Shown: one piece after another, positions 14,931 through 28,862 of the stretch
Layout of the letters: every line of letters begins with the position of its first letter
Position numbering within the stretch: the first letter of the stretch is position 1
From: the human T2T-CHM13v2.0 reference genome, Homo sapiens
DNA: 64,000 nt
Assembly: GCF_009914755.1 (NCBI RefSeq)
Contig: NC_060925.1
Direction: 5' to 3' (one strand)
Made by a program: the position numbers and the translations under genes
The notes under the pieces: model-generated
What the model saw: the letters and a program-made list of their open reading frames with translations, nothing else
Databases searched by the model: none
Told to the model about the DNA's origin: nothing

Positions 14931-15581
14931 TCTTTTGGATATCACATTTTATGAGACATTTTACAAGGTTGAAGAAGTACTTCTGGAGGAGTATACGGCT
15001 GTTCTGGTGTGGGGTCTGGGAACTAATGGCTGAGAGGAGGTAGAGAAACTGGTCTGTTTGACTGCATGAGAGAAGACTTCCAGTAGATGTTAATCTCTCT
15101 GCAAATAAGGGTTGCTACATGGTTGTTGAAGAAGCAGATTCATAGGGACCCATAGGGTTCTTTTGTCAGCGAAGCCAAGAAGGGCCCCTGGGTCCTTGCC
15201 TGCATGTCCAGGGGGTGTTCAAGAGTCAGTGCAGGTGCTGAGCTTGGCTGAGTCAGTTGTCCTCTCTGTGCTCTCTTTCCCATCCCTCACATCTTCCCTT
15301 CTTAGTGGCTCTTCAGATGTCCCTGGCTTTGTGAATTGCCTTCACAGGCCCCTGATTTCCATATGAACTCACAGGACTTTGCTCCTGCTCCTCCTCCAGA
15401 CCTGCTGCTTAGCCCTCTTCTCAGCATGGACCGTTCCCTTTCTCCTCAATTCATGGGTGAATGTGCTCCAGGCAAAGAGCTTGGTCCTCTTGAGATCCCT
15501 GCTGAGGGGCTGAGGGTTGCGGTTCTATCCCACAGGAATGCATGATCATATTTAGTCTTACAGTCACATGATGCTCTCATC

Positions 15582-15763
15582 TACCACATTGTGTGGCTCT
15601 AAGATGCACGTTTTTCATGCTGGAACATTGCTGAAATCAGCCTGTGTCTTACAATAATGGCATGATATAGTTTAATTGACAGCATGTTTTTCTTTCTTAG
15701 TGCTACATAAAATTACGGGGCATCTTACAATTGTTGGGGTTGTAGATTCAATGACATGTGATA
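15582..15763. mobile_element. TcMar-Tigger-like MITE
   Basis: ctaagatgcacgtttttc...gtcttacaat... repeated catcttacaatt...tagattcaatg, with TA-like flanks. Confidence 0.45.
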
Positions 15764-16314
15764 CCAACCAGGGAGGCAGGCAAAGTGGACTTTAGAGATG
15801 AGTCATCTGGTACTCAAAGAGGGTAAGTTATTCACCCAAGATCACACCTGCCTCTTAATGGCAGATGCAGGAGTCAGAATTGTGCCTTTTGATCCAGGGC
15901 TGGTGTTTTGACCCCTGCCCTGTGCAGCCTCCTTACCAGGCCACCTGGTGTCCCCCTTTGTCTTCCTGACACCTGCACCCACAGCAGTCCCTGCTGACAG
16001 CTCTTCCTTCCCACCTCATCTCCAGGTGTCACCTCCCATTTTCCCCTCTGCACAGGAGGAATGACAGGTGCTGGAGCATGACACAGTGCCTCAGGGCTGA
16101 GGCTGCACAACTTCTCAGCTCTCGGTGCTGACAGGAGGGAAGTGGGTGCTGAGGTGTCAGTCAGCTGGCTCAGTGTAAGACCTGCTCTTATTGATCTTTG
16201 CTGAGAGATGACTAGTTGAGGGGCCTGGGCTACCACATTCTGCCTGTGACCTCTGACCTCCTAAACTTTAGTGTTCTTTGGCCTATAAGTTGAGGGTGTG
16301 CATGGTTTAGAAAG

Positions 16315-16470
16315 CGCATTTATGTACATTGCTTCATCTTGTCCTCATAATGCCATAGAAAAGACCTTGCTAGCCTCATTTTACAGATGAAGAAACCGAG
16401 GATCAGAGAGGGCACATGAATTGCTAGCAGGCACTAGATCCAGGACTTGAGACCACATCTCCTGGCTCCA
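16315..16470 (-). mobile_element. MIR
   Basis: cattttacagatgaagaaaccgagg core. Confidence 0.75.
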
Positions 16471-17199
16471 AGTTCCTTCTTTCACTGACTTTTCCCCATA
16501 CTGGCAGTTACTTCACAACCCCAAGGGCCCCATGGTTCTAAGGCTCTGTGGTTGCAGGTTCCTTTAGTCCCCGTGAGGCAGTGTGGGATGAGCTCAGGGA
16601 GGTATGATCAGGCAAATGTTCACTCTCAAAGGTGGGGCTTCACATGTGAGTTGAAGGGGACAGGGGCCCAATGTGTCCATCCTGAGACTTCTCTCTGTGG
16701 GCTTGGGATGAGACTCCCTGCTCTGTGGTAAAGAAGGCATGTCACTTTAACTGTCAGCATAGCATGGTTTGATGTGTAGAGAGTGGATCAGAGTTCCAGC
16801 TGATTTCTTCCTTAAATGGCTTGTTTGTTCACTCATTCACTCACCAATTCATTAATTCAGTGAAACTAGTATTGTGTTGGTGAAGGCAGAAGGCAATGCT
16901 GGGACCGAGAAATGTGGACGTTATTATATTTTCCCACCTGCTAAAAGACAGTGGAATTTGCCATTCTTTTAACACATTCTTATCTTACAGAACTTGGGAT
17001 CTCTCTTGCATTGGGAACAACTCAGGCAATTTTTAAACACTTGTCAGGCCACCTGGAGAATTCCAAATTAGTTGAAGTCACTATTACACATTAGTCAAGA
17101 GTGAGTTATAAAAATATAGTACCTGGAGCAGATGGACAGATGAGATGGGAGGATGAGAGTCAAGGGTACTCCTAAATCATGGGTAACAACAGGGAAATG

Positions 17200-17295
17200 A
17201 AGGCGAGGACTGTGTCTTAGATGCCCACTCATCTCTATATGCCCAGTGCCTGGCATATAGTTGGTACTCAGTAAATGCTGATTGAATTGAATTGC
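17200..17295 (+). mobile_element. L2 3' end
   Basis: cagtgcctggcatatagttggtactcagtaaatgctgattgaattgaa. Confidence 0.75.
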
Positions 17296-17734
17296 TTGCC
17301 TATCCCCAGATTCTCTTGTCTATAGGATACAAAAATGAGTGCTGGGGGAAGGCTGGGGCTGGGGTAAAGAGGGATTGTCTGTTCCCAGCCTTCCCCCTTG
17401 GCCTGGCTGAGCCAGGCAGTGTCTATGTCTCTCTCATCTCTATCTACCTCTGCCAGGCTGCTCATATTCTGGTCATTCTATTAGGAAAATGAAAGCTGGG
17501 AGCTCAATTTCTAGGCCATTAAGCAATATTGGGCTTCCAGTCACCTGTGGTTATTTACCAGGTTGTCAGTGTTATCTCCTGAGAATTGCTTCCTGGGTGA
17601 TAAGGGCAGAGTCAGCACTGCATATTGAAGACCTAACCTCATTGAAGTGGCTGTGGATGGGGTGGGGGTTGGAGGGGTGGATAAGGAGAAAGCAGGGGTA
17701 TCACATCACCTAGCGTTTACCATATAATAAAAAT

Positions 17735-17762
17735 GGTCATTTATTGAACCATGTGCCAAAGA

Positions 17763-17807
<45 letters not shown>

Positions 17808-17985
17808 TTCTAATCCTAAAAATGTACCAGGAGTTGAGAATCATTAGGCTTGACTATTACCCAGTCCCATTTTACAGATGAAGAAGCCAAGGCACAGACA
17901 ATTTAACTTGTCCAAATCCAAATGGTTGGTATAAGGTAAAGTCAGAATTTGAACCCAGGCCAGTTTGCCTTTAGCACCTGGGCAC
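17735..17985 (-). mobile_element. MIR containing the (CA)n repeat
   Basis: cccattttacagatgaagaagccaaggcacag...tttgaacccagg. Confidence 0.7.
17764..17805. repeat. (CA)21 microsatellite
   Basis: Direct read, uninterrupted. Confidence 0.97.
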
Positions 17986-18424
17986 CTTCCCTAGGCCAAG
18001 TGATGTCACTGCCTCAGACTCAGCGACAGCACCAGCTGTTCCTGTGCTGCTGGAGCAATTTAGTCTCCTTTCCCTATTTCCCTTGTGTCTCTTTGGGTTC
18101 AGGCCAAATGGAGAAAAGTGTGTTATCCCTTTCCATCTAGGAAGTCTTTGTTTTCCATTGTATGTTAAAGTATTGGTGACATTACAGAGCTAGTCTTGAG
18201 TGTTGGTAATATTGTCTATTTTCCTAAGAAAACCCCCAAATCAGCTCAAAATATGCTCTTTCCTGAGTTTTGTCAGCCTTGCGTGGGAGGTGACCTGCGT
18301 TGGCTCTTCCCTTTACTGCGGAGCACATGGTGTAGACTCTGGGGAGGGGCAGGTGTGTCTGTGCCTGGCTCTTCCTCCTTCCTCTGCCAAGGTCATCACC
18401 CCAGGGCCTAGGAGGCCCCTCAAG

Positions 18425-18870
18425 AGCTATTGCTGAATACCCACTGTGTGCCAGGTACTGTGTTTGGTGTGGGTGGAATGGGGCCTAGTGTCTTCCATGG
18501 TGGTGGGGGCTGGAGCCACGCAACATGAGAACGTGAAAGGGTGTCCAGCCTGGCCCTGGGGCACTGGGGAAAGCTTCTTGAAAGAAGTCACATTTAAACA
18601 AGTGGAAAGGATGGACAGATGGAACTTAGCTGGGCAGGGAAGGAGAAGAGCCCTTCTGGGAGAAAGAATGCTATGTACAAATGCCCTGTGGGGGTGGCAC
18701 ATGGAGAGAGGCACACAGACAGACCACAGGACACTTCTGGAAGCCTGGCAGGTGGCATGGGGAGAGACCTGCAGAGGTCAGCAGGGGCCAGTCTAGGCCA
18801 TTCTGAGTAGTCTGTACTTTAACCAGAGGGCAGTGGGGAGCCACGGAAGGCTTTGAGCAGGGGGTTCACT
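18425..18870 (-). mobile_element. L2 fragment
   Basis: ctgaatacccactgtgtgccaggtactgtg...gggcagtggggagccacggaaggctttgagcaggg. Confidence 0.65.
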
Positions 18871-21469
18871 ATTTCACTGTTTCACTCTGAGTCTGCTCTG
18901 GATGTGGCACAACTCTTTTTTCTTTTTTACCCTGGAATCAACTCTGAGGAAAGCCATGGAAAAAAGTTGGAGCCATCTCCACATCCTTAGCTGCAGTTTG
19001 GGAGAATGTGCAGAGCCAAGCAGAAAGAGGGGAGGCAGAGGAAAAGGGAGCAGGGGAGAGGAGAGCCAGGGAGTGCTGCAGTAAAGCTGGGAGCTGCCGT
19101 CCTCATCCCCAGCTTCTCGCCAGTGGCACATGCAGAACGATTTAGCCTGAAGCCTGTTGGTAGGAGGATGCTATCTAGAGCTAAATATATATTGATAGGT
19201 ATTTTTAGAGGGTTTTCTGTAAAGAGGCTGCCCTAATACAAGAGTTTCCTGAGCAGCTAAAGATCGAGGAAAGCAGAGTTTTCCTCAGCACTGTCTCTCT
19301 GAGGCTGAGAATGTGGGGGAAGAGTTGTGAATGCAGTCCTCAGGCCCCCAGCCCAATTTGAATCCCTGTGGTAATAGTATGATATCAGTGGGTATTTATA
19401 TAGCATCACCAGGCCAGTGAGCCTGGCGGGACCTCAGAGACCTGTCTTTTACTTGTCCTTACTGTTCTGGGCAGGTGAAGGATGCAGATGGGGAGCAAGG
19501 GCAGAATGGGTAGAGGGAGGAGACATGAGAACTTGTTATTTAGGAGATGGGGAAACCGAGGCTGAGTGGAGCAAGGCAAGGGACTCAGAGATACTTAGCT
19601 GAGCTGCTAGATGAACAGATATTTATTTAGTGCCTTAATGCTAGGCACTAAACCTGGCATCAGCATTATTAATGCTGATGTTGGGGAGGTCTGCAAGCCT
19701 GTAAGCCTTACCACTTTTCAGTTCTTCCTCTCAGCATCGTTGCTGGCTGCTCCTCTGACAGATCTCCACCTCCTCCCTGGCTTTTTGTGCATTTCTAGCT
19801 CCACACTGGGGAGCACAGCTGCCACTTGCAGCATCTCCTTTTATCAGAACATTATTTCTGTTCCAATTGCATTTCCCCCCAGATGGGCAAATGATGGAAA
19901 AGATAAGGTTAGAATATAGGATTTCGATTCCAGGGAGAGGTGGGCAAAAGACAAAATGTGAAGCTTAAAGGTCTCTTCTTAGCTCTGTGCTGCTGATAAA
20001 TCCAGTTACTTCAGGGAGACTCCTAGTGAGAGTGCCAGTTAGTAGTTGATGGGCAGCTGAGTTGGGATTGTGCCTTGGGTGGGAGGGAATTTTTTCTCAT
20101 GTATGCACTCTGTCTTTTTTCTATATTGAGATGCACCATTGGTTCACTCAACAGATATATATTGAATATACACTGTGTTCCAGATGTAAGACATTGGTGT
20201 TGGGATGGTTTCTGTTTCCTGAAAGGCTTCTTCTTGCCACCCCCACCCATTGACAGAAGCTCCATATGGACAGAACTGAGTGGGGCCTGAATTGGCTTTG
20301 ATATCACCAAAGAGGAGGAAAAGCCAGAGGGAGTGAAGAAAGCTTCGAAATCCCTGGGTGGTTTGGTTTGGGACTTTATTTGTCTCCTGGCATTGCATTC
20401 ACTCAGGGTGATACAGGGAAAGAAATTATGGCAAGGTGCTTTCTAAGTCAGACCGTTCTCCTGGGCCTGGAGCTCTCATTTGAAGGCAGTTAAACTCGTG
20501 CATTCTTGTGCTTGTGCATGAGTGTATGTGGAAGAGGGAGGTGGGGTGAAAATCCCCAGGTATGTTTTCAAAGCAGAGGTGGATATGGCATAAATGCGAA
20601 CTCTATAGATTTACAAGAATTGAGAATTAAAGGAACTGTTTACATTTCCATTCTGTGGTTGAAATATGTCTCCTCCTTTGGGTAGAGATTTGTGCACTTG
20701 TGTCTATGTTGTAAATGTAGTCCACAGTTAAGTATAAATGTGTTGGTGTGAAATGTGAAAATGCAGCAGCACTATTTAATGTATGTGTCACTGAAGTCAG
20801 GAAATAGCAGATATAATGAGTGCAGAGTGGTTACCAAAGGGAAGGGGCAAGGTGGGGCAGAGCCGATGTTGAGAGGAAAATGAGGGCATGCTGGTTTAAG
20901 AAAGAACGTATGAAGACAAGGTAAGGCTAAGGTTACTAAAGCTCAATCACTGAATTTTAGATCTAGGAGAATAATAAATTTGCCTAACTTTCCCTTACTT
21001 ATTATTTTTTTCACAGAAGAGAAGACTAAAGTGCATGTTGCTAAGTAACTTGTCCAGGGTCTTTTAGATGGGGTGTGGTGAGCTGGGGCTTGGATCCTGT
21101 GTAATTCCAAATCTAGGACTCTGTTGCAGCGATGCCTTACTACCCCTGGCGATGAGAATCTGCTGCTTCTTGGTTGTATTTAGGCCATGAAGCTGGAGGT
21201 ATTAAGAAATAAGATTTTCTGTTATTTGGCTGGAATATACATGTGCAACTTACATGGAAACAGAGTTTAATCTCATGGACTGAATGACCTGGCGGCTCTG
21301 GGTTCTGGTCCTGATCCTGACATACATTCTCTCTGTCATACTGGTGATGATGTAACCCATCTCAGCTTGGCTTTCCTTTATGAAACTTCATTTATGAAGT
21401 GAAGGTAAAACCTGCTGTAGCTACCTCCACCAGGTTTCATGACAAGCAAAGAGGATAGTGATGATGTTG

Positions 21470-21740
21470 ATAATGACAGCTCCCATTTAACCAGGAGCTC
21501 ATGTCTTATTTTAAATGCAGAAGGCTTCATATTCTATATTGGCACTTGCACATATTATTTTAAATATAGAAATGTAAGGCAATAGTGATATTATCTCCAT
21601 TTTACGGATGAGGAAACCAAAACTTAAAGAGGCAAAGTCACTTGCTCAAGGTCAAATAGTTACTAAGGGGAGAGATTGGCCCTTTAATTCTATTATCAAC
21701 AATTCTAAAGCCCTTGCTATATCTAGTGTACAGCACAGCC
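21470..21740 (-). mobile_element. MIR
   Basis: ccattttacggatgaggaaaccaaa...acttgctcaaggtca. Confidence 0.7.
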
Positions 21741-22979
21741 TCCACTGCCAAAGTGTTTTGCAAAACAATAAAGCAAAATACCAAATCAGTGAACAATAAT
21801 ACCTTCCCTCCAGGACAGTGATATTATAAAGATAAATGTTAAAATACACATAAAGCACCATGAGTGCCTTGAAAAAAACCAGCATATAAAAATTGAAAGT
21901 ACTCAAAATACTATGGTTCTGTAGACCTCATTAAGAATGGTCATTTATCTCTATAAAACTTGCAACCACAGAAACAAATTTCACTGAAACCTATTGCAAA
22001 TTTTAAAACTATGGTAAATTTAAAATTTTCCATTAGTTATAATTTTGCCTCAAGAGAGAAGTTTACTACATATCGCACATAGGATGTATCTTATTTCCTA
22101 TCAGCAGCATATCTAATTTTATCAAAATTAGTCAAATCCTGCTACAGTCATTACCCATAAGAACAACAAAGAAGTTCCAAGAGTAAAAGTTGAAACAAAG
22201 GCCTTTATTTTAAATTTTTCTAACAAGGAAAATGTTACATTTTCTAGATTTCCATTTTTTTGGTCTTCCCTTTCTTTGTCTTCTATCCTCCCCACTTCTC
22301 ACAAAACATACACAGGCCAGAGGGGTCAGCCCCTGTCCGCCCACATCTGGATGTGACCCAGGAAGGCTGACAATGCCCTCTCTCCTCCAGGAAGAATGTC
22401 CAGGCAGAGCCCTTGCACAAAGGAGGGGCTGAAAAGAAGCCTGAGGTCTGACTTCTTCCCTCTTGTCTTTCATTTCCTTCCTTCTTGACTGCCACTCTTC
22501 TGTCAGTTGCCTGGACCTTGGTGACAGAACATTTAGGAAGGGGGATCAGGGCCATGGCTTTTCTCCCTGGCCTCCAGCACTGGAACAGTGACTAGGAGGC
22601 AGAGTGACAAGGGTGGCTGCTTCACATGTCAGATGCATTGGAAACAATTTACATCACTGTGGGGGTCCCTGCATCTCACCTCCTCTCCACCAGCCCTCTG
22701 GGGCCCAGCTGGCCTTGGAGAGTCCTTACCTAGTCCAGGTTGGCATGACTAGCCATGGGAGAGCTCAATCTGAAATGGAACTGAAACTGACCTGGTTTGG
22801 GGTATCTTTGCTGTTGAATCTTAGTCAAAACTCTGGGTGAGGGAGAGAAAACCAGAAAGAAGCCCACTCAGGGCTAAGCATCCCTAATACCCATATATGA
22901 GCTCTGAACTATGGTGTGGGGGAAAATGGACAGAGTCAGGAGAAGACAGGAGGGAAGGAAGTATAGAGGCAGCCGGTAT

Positions 22980-23470
22980 TAGTTGAGCACATCCTGTGTT
23001 CAAACATTGTGCTGACTGCTAGGGACGCAGCACTGGATGGAGATATAGCCTCTATTCATACCTTGCTGTCCAGCAGAGAAGACAGATATTTACTTTAATT
23101 TAATAGTGTATAACATGCTGCATAGGAGAAGACTTAGGGTGCTAGGATAACTTTTCACTGGGACCCTAACCTAACTTGAGACCTGAAGACTGAGTTATAC
23201 TTAGCTAGGATGAGACGAGAAGAGGGAAGGGGACAGGATGAGGAGAGTTCCAGGCAGAGGGTAGGACAGTTGTGCAGGGCTAGAGGTGGGGGAGGCCATG
23301 GCAGGTGTGAGAAACAAAAAGAAGGCTGGAGGGGACCACAGTGATTGTAATCTAAGAGGGGTTGGAAAGTAGGCAGGGACCACATCATTCACATCATTCA
23401 GGGCCTCGTTGGCATGTCCAGGCATGTTCAGTGGGAGGCCATTGAATGGTTTGAAACAGGAAAGTGAACA
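22980..23470 (-). mobile_element. L2 fragment
   Basis: gttgagcacatcctgtgttcaaacattgtgct...gggaggccattgaatggtttgaaacagg. Confidence 0.6.
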
Positions 23471-24875
23471 GATTTGCAGGAGAGGCACGATGTTTGCAGA
23501 GAAGAAGATAGAACAAGTTGCCCAAATGACTCCATGTCTCCTCAGAATTAGGGAAATAGGATTAAAGTCCTCAGTGTCCCTTTCTTCCTTCTTGCCCCCT
23601 CCTTCCAACATCAGCCCTCAACTATAATTTTGTTTAACCTATTGGAGCTGTACCAAAACCCAGTCTACAGACCTTATAATCTAGCTGAGCACATGTTAAA
23701 GATTTGTTAACCTGCCCAGAGTAGAGACATAGTCCCTGGCCCTCTGAGATTATACTCTGAGCATCTCCTACTGATTCAAATAATGGGTAAGAATTGATGA
23801 GTGTGTGGGCTTTTATTTTTTATATTCAGCACAGAAATTATTTTAAAAATGCTTTGCTGAGAACATTGCTATATGATTATTATGATTTTTATTTTTCTGA
23901 TAGAACAATGGTCAAAAGATCAAGCCAACCCACATGCTTGTTTATGGGATGTTTCTCTTTTCCCTGTTCCCAAAGCCCATGACACATCATGATGCTGAAT
24001 CTGGATCCTAACTGAACTCTGGTTAATAACCACTGTAAATATAACATTTTGTGATTTAGGGGCCCTTACATCCTTCCAGTGGGGAGCTCAAAGTGCTCTG
24101 TGAGTTACATTCTACCCACTCATTTGGAAGAGGGAAATAGAGAATCCCAGTTCCCTTTCCAAGTAAGTGTCGTATTCTCTGTTCTGGAGACAGGTCACCC
24201 AGATGGATCCTTCACATATGGACTCTGGTGATAGAGACGGGAAGGGAGTAAATGCTCACCCCGGTCTTTTCTCCTGCCCACTTCCATCCCACATCCCCTC
24301 TTCAGATGAGTGCAGCCAGCTCTTTAACGTGTTAGCTTCTTCCTCCCTGCTCTTCTGTTGTCCTTTTCTTAGTCTCCCTAATCCTTCCCTGTTTTCATTT
24401 TACATTCTGTTCTGAAATACAAGACTTGGGGAGTTTGAGGTAGATGCCACAGAGGGTAGTACGTGGTGTTGTGGTTGTGGTGTGTATGAGAGACTCATTC
24501 TGACCAAGACCTTCTTAGAACTTTGTCTATTAGACTCTGACCTCCAGTCCTTCTTCTCCAATAAGCAAATTCAAGTTTGGGGTGGGATCTCCCTACTGGG
24601 AATCTGATCAGGTCAAAGTTTGACTAGCTAGTACTGCAAATAAAGGAGGAGGAACTTCCAATGATTTCCACTCCCCCCAGCTGTGACTGGTCTGAACTCT
24701 AAGCAACAAGAAGTCACCTACAAGCACTGGCTGTTTCCTGAATAAAGTTTCCCTCAAATATGTAACATAGTATATTTTGTAGTGTGTGGATGCTGTTGTG
24801 ATTTATAAAATATAAATACATCTAAAAGTATTGTTGAATGAGTAGTATTGTTTTCTTTTTTAATTTATTCAATAT

Positions 24876-25010
24876 AGCATAGTGATTAAGAATTTGGGCT
24901 TCATAGACAAGCAAACCTGAATTCATATCTTTGCTCTACTGTTTTCTAGTACTGTGGTTGTGGGCAAGTGACCCAGCTTCTGTTAAGTCTCAATGTCTCC
25001 ATCTGCATAG
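24876..25010 (+). mobile_element. MIR
   Basis: agcatagtgattaagaa...tgggcaagtgac...tctccatctgca. Confidence 0.65.
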
Positions 25011-25879
25011 AAAAAGGAATGGCTCTGGGTAATAACAATTATTTAACCATGTTGTTAAGGGGCTATAGTAATTGAAATAACTCCTCCAAGGGATGGGGTT
25101 GGTCTTGAATTTGTGACATTAAAAAGAGAGCCTCACACTTGAAAGAATGAGAATTGCTAGTTCAGTGTAACTAACCCATTGATATGAAAGAAGGAGATGA
25201 GGCCCAGAACTGCAATGTATGCCCCATTTTGCCTGTGGCTAAAGCCTGATTTTAGTCAAGCTGGTCTTCAGTCTTGTGTAGAGGTGATGGGGAAAGTAGA
25301 AGTAGAAGTTAGATACAATGCTTCACTCGTGAACAGAACAGTCTAATTGGAGTTCACGAGATATATGGCCCGTGTTTGATTTTTGGTATTTGGTAGTGGA
25401 GGTCTGGGAGTTGGGAGCAAGCAGCTGTCATCCTTTTGGGAAGCCATGCTGTCCCCAGCAGGTGACACCCCAAGTCTCTTTGCCAGTGAGGCCCCACCAC
25501 CCCACACTAGTATGAGTTAGGTTGCTCATGCAGAGCCATTTCTCAGGCATTATTCCTAACTCTTTTCCTTTTCATAAAGTGAGAGGGCTTATGCTCATCC
25601 CTCAACCAGACTATGAAAGAGACACTCACATTCCCAAGTGGTGGTTTTATTTTTTTATATTTTATGTTTGTATGGGAAATTGTGGATAAAGTGAAATAAT
25701 TATAAATAAATGGTATGTTTCCTTTTTTAAAAAAGAGCAATCTAATTGGAATAGAATGTATGTGTGGTCCTAAGGCAGCTGGGAACAATGTGACCCGTAC
25801 AGAGCTTGTTCCAGGTTGGCTGGTCCAGGCTATAGGAGTCTCATTTTTAAAATCTAAAATACCTCTCTTGCAAGATTTA

Positions 25880-26325
25880 TGTACTAGATTAAGCAGGGCT
25901 AGATGCTCTAACAAATAACCCCCCAAATTTCAATGGGTTAACATAGTAGGTTCTCTCTTGCTCCTTGAACAGGCCAGTGTGTCCTGAACAGTGCTCCTGG
26001 CTTCCCTCCACTTGGTGAGGTAGAGACCCAGGCTCCTTCTATCTGGTAGCTCTGCTGTCCTCTATGATCTCGTGGTTTATGTCCCTTCAAGAGAAGTGGA
26101 AAGAGAGAGTAAGAATAAGGCATACTCCTTAAATGTATTGGTATAGAACTGATACACATTACTTCTAGTCACATCCCATTGACAAGGAACAGCCATGTGG
26201 CTCAGCCTAGTTGCAGGTGAGACTGGGAGATCTAATCCCTAATTGGGCAGCTGCCTTCTAGCAACAACCTTGCCCTGTGGGAAGGAGAGCATCAATTTTG
26301 GAGGACAGTAATGATCTCTTCATTA
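25880..26325 (-). mobile_element. Old MaLR LTR (MLT1J/K-like)
   Basis: taacaaataacccccc...gagacccaggctccttctatctgg...cacatcccattgacaaggaac...ctgggagat. Confidence 0.6.
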
Positions 26326-27554
26326 TCTATGTGAGTATAAATTGTCAGATGCATAGGAGATATATAATAAATGTTTTCTTCTAATTATTAGTAACATCCA
26401 TTGAGTCAAGAAATATTTGCTATGTGTGTACAAAACATTTTGCTAAGTATTGAGGCTAGAAAGATAAATAATAAGATACCTGCCCCCAAGGAACTTTAAG
26501 TCTGATGTGTAGATAGTATATATAGGTAGATGATTTTCATTTGAGCTTGACAACATTTGATCAGAAGAAAAAACTGGGAATAAATGTGCTCTACTCTGTG
26601 CAATCAGCTTTCTATCTGTCCATCTATCCTCCTTTCATTGAATGGGTCCCATGTGTAAGGCCTAGCGGTGAGCAGTAGGAGGGACAGCAGTAGAGTTAAA
26701 TAGGGAAGAGATGGAAGATCACTGGGAATGTGGTTTCACTTTGCCCTAATGCAGCAGCTGTTGACACACTACATGCTGGTGTAACTAGCCATTGAACTGT
26801 TGTTGCCACCTCTCTTGATCAAGCTTTGAAGATAAGCATGAGAAACAATTAGTGTATTTCATATTTTTTTTATTTTTGTTGTCATGCTTATTTTTGTCCT
26901 CTTCAAGATAGCAAAGCCTAGGGGTAGTCAGCCAGCTGAGGCTATTTATAAAATGTCCATGTTGGCCTGGATATCACTACTGGTTAACATTTGTCAAACT
27001 CTAAACTCTGTAGTCTAGTAAAACAGAGGATCAGGAGCCAGTTTCAGAGGGAAAACCAACCTTTCCATTTACTAATTTCTTTTCTATCCTTAGCCTGCAC
27101 AAAGAAGGTTGAGAAGTCAGAATTTTAGTTATGAACTGTGTGCAACTACAACAAATAGAGTCAGTAGTAAATAAATGGTTGTCACGAGTCTTTGGAGAAG
27201 GATTTATTATTGTGGCCATAGATTGGAGTGGTCCTTGAGGATGTTAATTATGTTGCTGCTTGTTGCAGTTTATGACATGGCTTCTATGTGGGGTAATTGG
27301 ATCTAGGGGAGCTATCCTTTTCCATGGAAAAAGGCCAGTTTGGTCTCAGGTTTATAGCCCTAAGGAAAGGAGTTTCAGAAAGCAGTTGCCCAAATTTTTC
27401 AGCCTCCTTGATATTTCCAGTGCACAATTCTGGAAAAGGGCTCCTTAATTCAGAAATTGGCCTTTGTTGCAGGGATGCTAGGTCAGGAGGCAGGGAGGGG
27501 AAGAATGGAAAGGAGAGCAGAGATTACCTAGTTATTCAGGACTGTGGACCTAAT

Positions 27555-27797
27555 TAATAGCTGGTGTTCAGTGCTAATCACTGCATTAAACATTTCAAAG
27601 GATTTTTAAAAAATTCTTGGCAACATCCCTGTGAGGTAGGTACTATTATAATCACTACTAGATGAGGAAACCAGGGCTTAGGTGGTTCAGTAATTCCCCC
27701 ATATCATGCTGCTAATAGTTAGTTGGTGGGGTCAGGATTCCAATGAGGAAGCCTGACTCCAGAGCTTAGGTTTCTGACCGTGATGCTACACTGCCTT
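27555..27797 (-). mobile_element. MIR
   Basis: ccctgtgaggtaggtactatt...agatgaggaaacc...tgactccagagc. Confidence 0.7.
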
Positions 27798-28094
27798 CCT
27801 AATTTATGTATCTAGTGGCTGCATGGTCTGAATTTTTTTTTTTTTTTTTACTCCTGATGCATCTTAATTAACAAAAGTGAAAGGGTGTATCTGTTGGTCT
27901 GGATGTCAAAATCCATCCAAGGGAATATAAAACTCACTACTTGGTTTTAGTTACTGGAAAAATGGCTTCTATTGAAGGGAATTAAGAGAACAATAGATTA
28001 TTGGTTTTTCTATATCATTTTGATCTTGAAATCAATTTAGAAATATTGTCCATTTAGCCTGTTAACAATAGGTTAGAGTTATAACACAGGACAG

Positions 28095-28335
28095 CCTGGC
28101 AAGATGCAAGGAACAAAGGCTCTGGCATGACATAGTTCTGTATTTGAAGTCTGCTTCTGGCTTTGTGACACTGAGCAAGTTATTTAACCTCTCATCCTCA
28201 ATTTCCTTACTGGGAAATGAAGGATTTAGGGTATTTCTGAGTATTTTATGAGACTAAACTGGTATGATATATGTTGAGCATTTGAAACAGTGCTCTGCAC
28301 ATAGTAGATTTTCAACAATAGTACCTGCTACTATT
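28095..28335 (+). mobile_element. MIR
   Basis: tgtgacactgagcaagttatttaacctctc...acagtgctctgcacatagtag. Confidence 0.65.
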
Positions 28336-28514
28336 TTATAGTTTATTGATGAGGAAAGGGAAGCATATAATGAACAAATATATTCTCTGGGTTACTCTAG
28401 CCCCCACAAAAAACTTGCCCTAGCTGGGATGAAGTTGTTGTCCTTGTATTTTCAATCTGTTGCTACTTGTGCTGGATTATGCTAGCTTCTAGAACATACT
28501 AAATCTTGAGTTAA

Positions 28515-28862
28515 TTTCTTAGTCCATTTGGACAGCTATATCAAAAGTATCATAGACCAGGTGGCTTATAAACAACAGAAATTTATTTCTCAACATTCTG
28601 GAGACTGGGAAGTCCATGATCAAAGCAGATTCAGTGCCTGGCAAAGGCCCCTTTCCTGGCTGCTGGACAGCTGTCTGTGTCCTCACATGGTAGAAGGGGT
28701 GAGGGAGCTCTCTGGTGTCTCTTTTGTAAGGACACTAATCCCATATAAGAGCAGAGTCCTCATGACCTAATACCTTCTAAAGGCTGAACCTCCAAATATC
28801 ACATTGGGGATTAGGTTTCAACATATGGATTTTGGGGATACACAAACATTCAGTCTATTACA
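28515..28862 (-). mobile_element. MLT1A-type MaLR solo LTR
   Basis: ggtggcttataaacaacagaaatttatttctca...ttaggtttcaacatatg...acaaacattcagtctattaca. Confidence 0.85.

Noticed and set aside
16825-16860. YCAY cluster as a NOVA site
   Set aside because: Looks like an antisense L2 (TTCA)n tail, ~4 kb from any exon.
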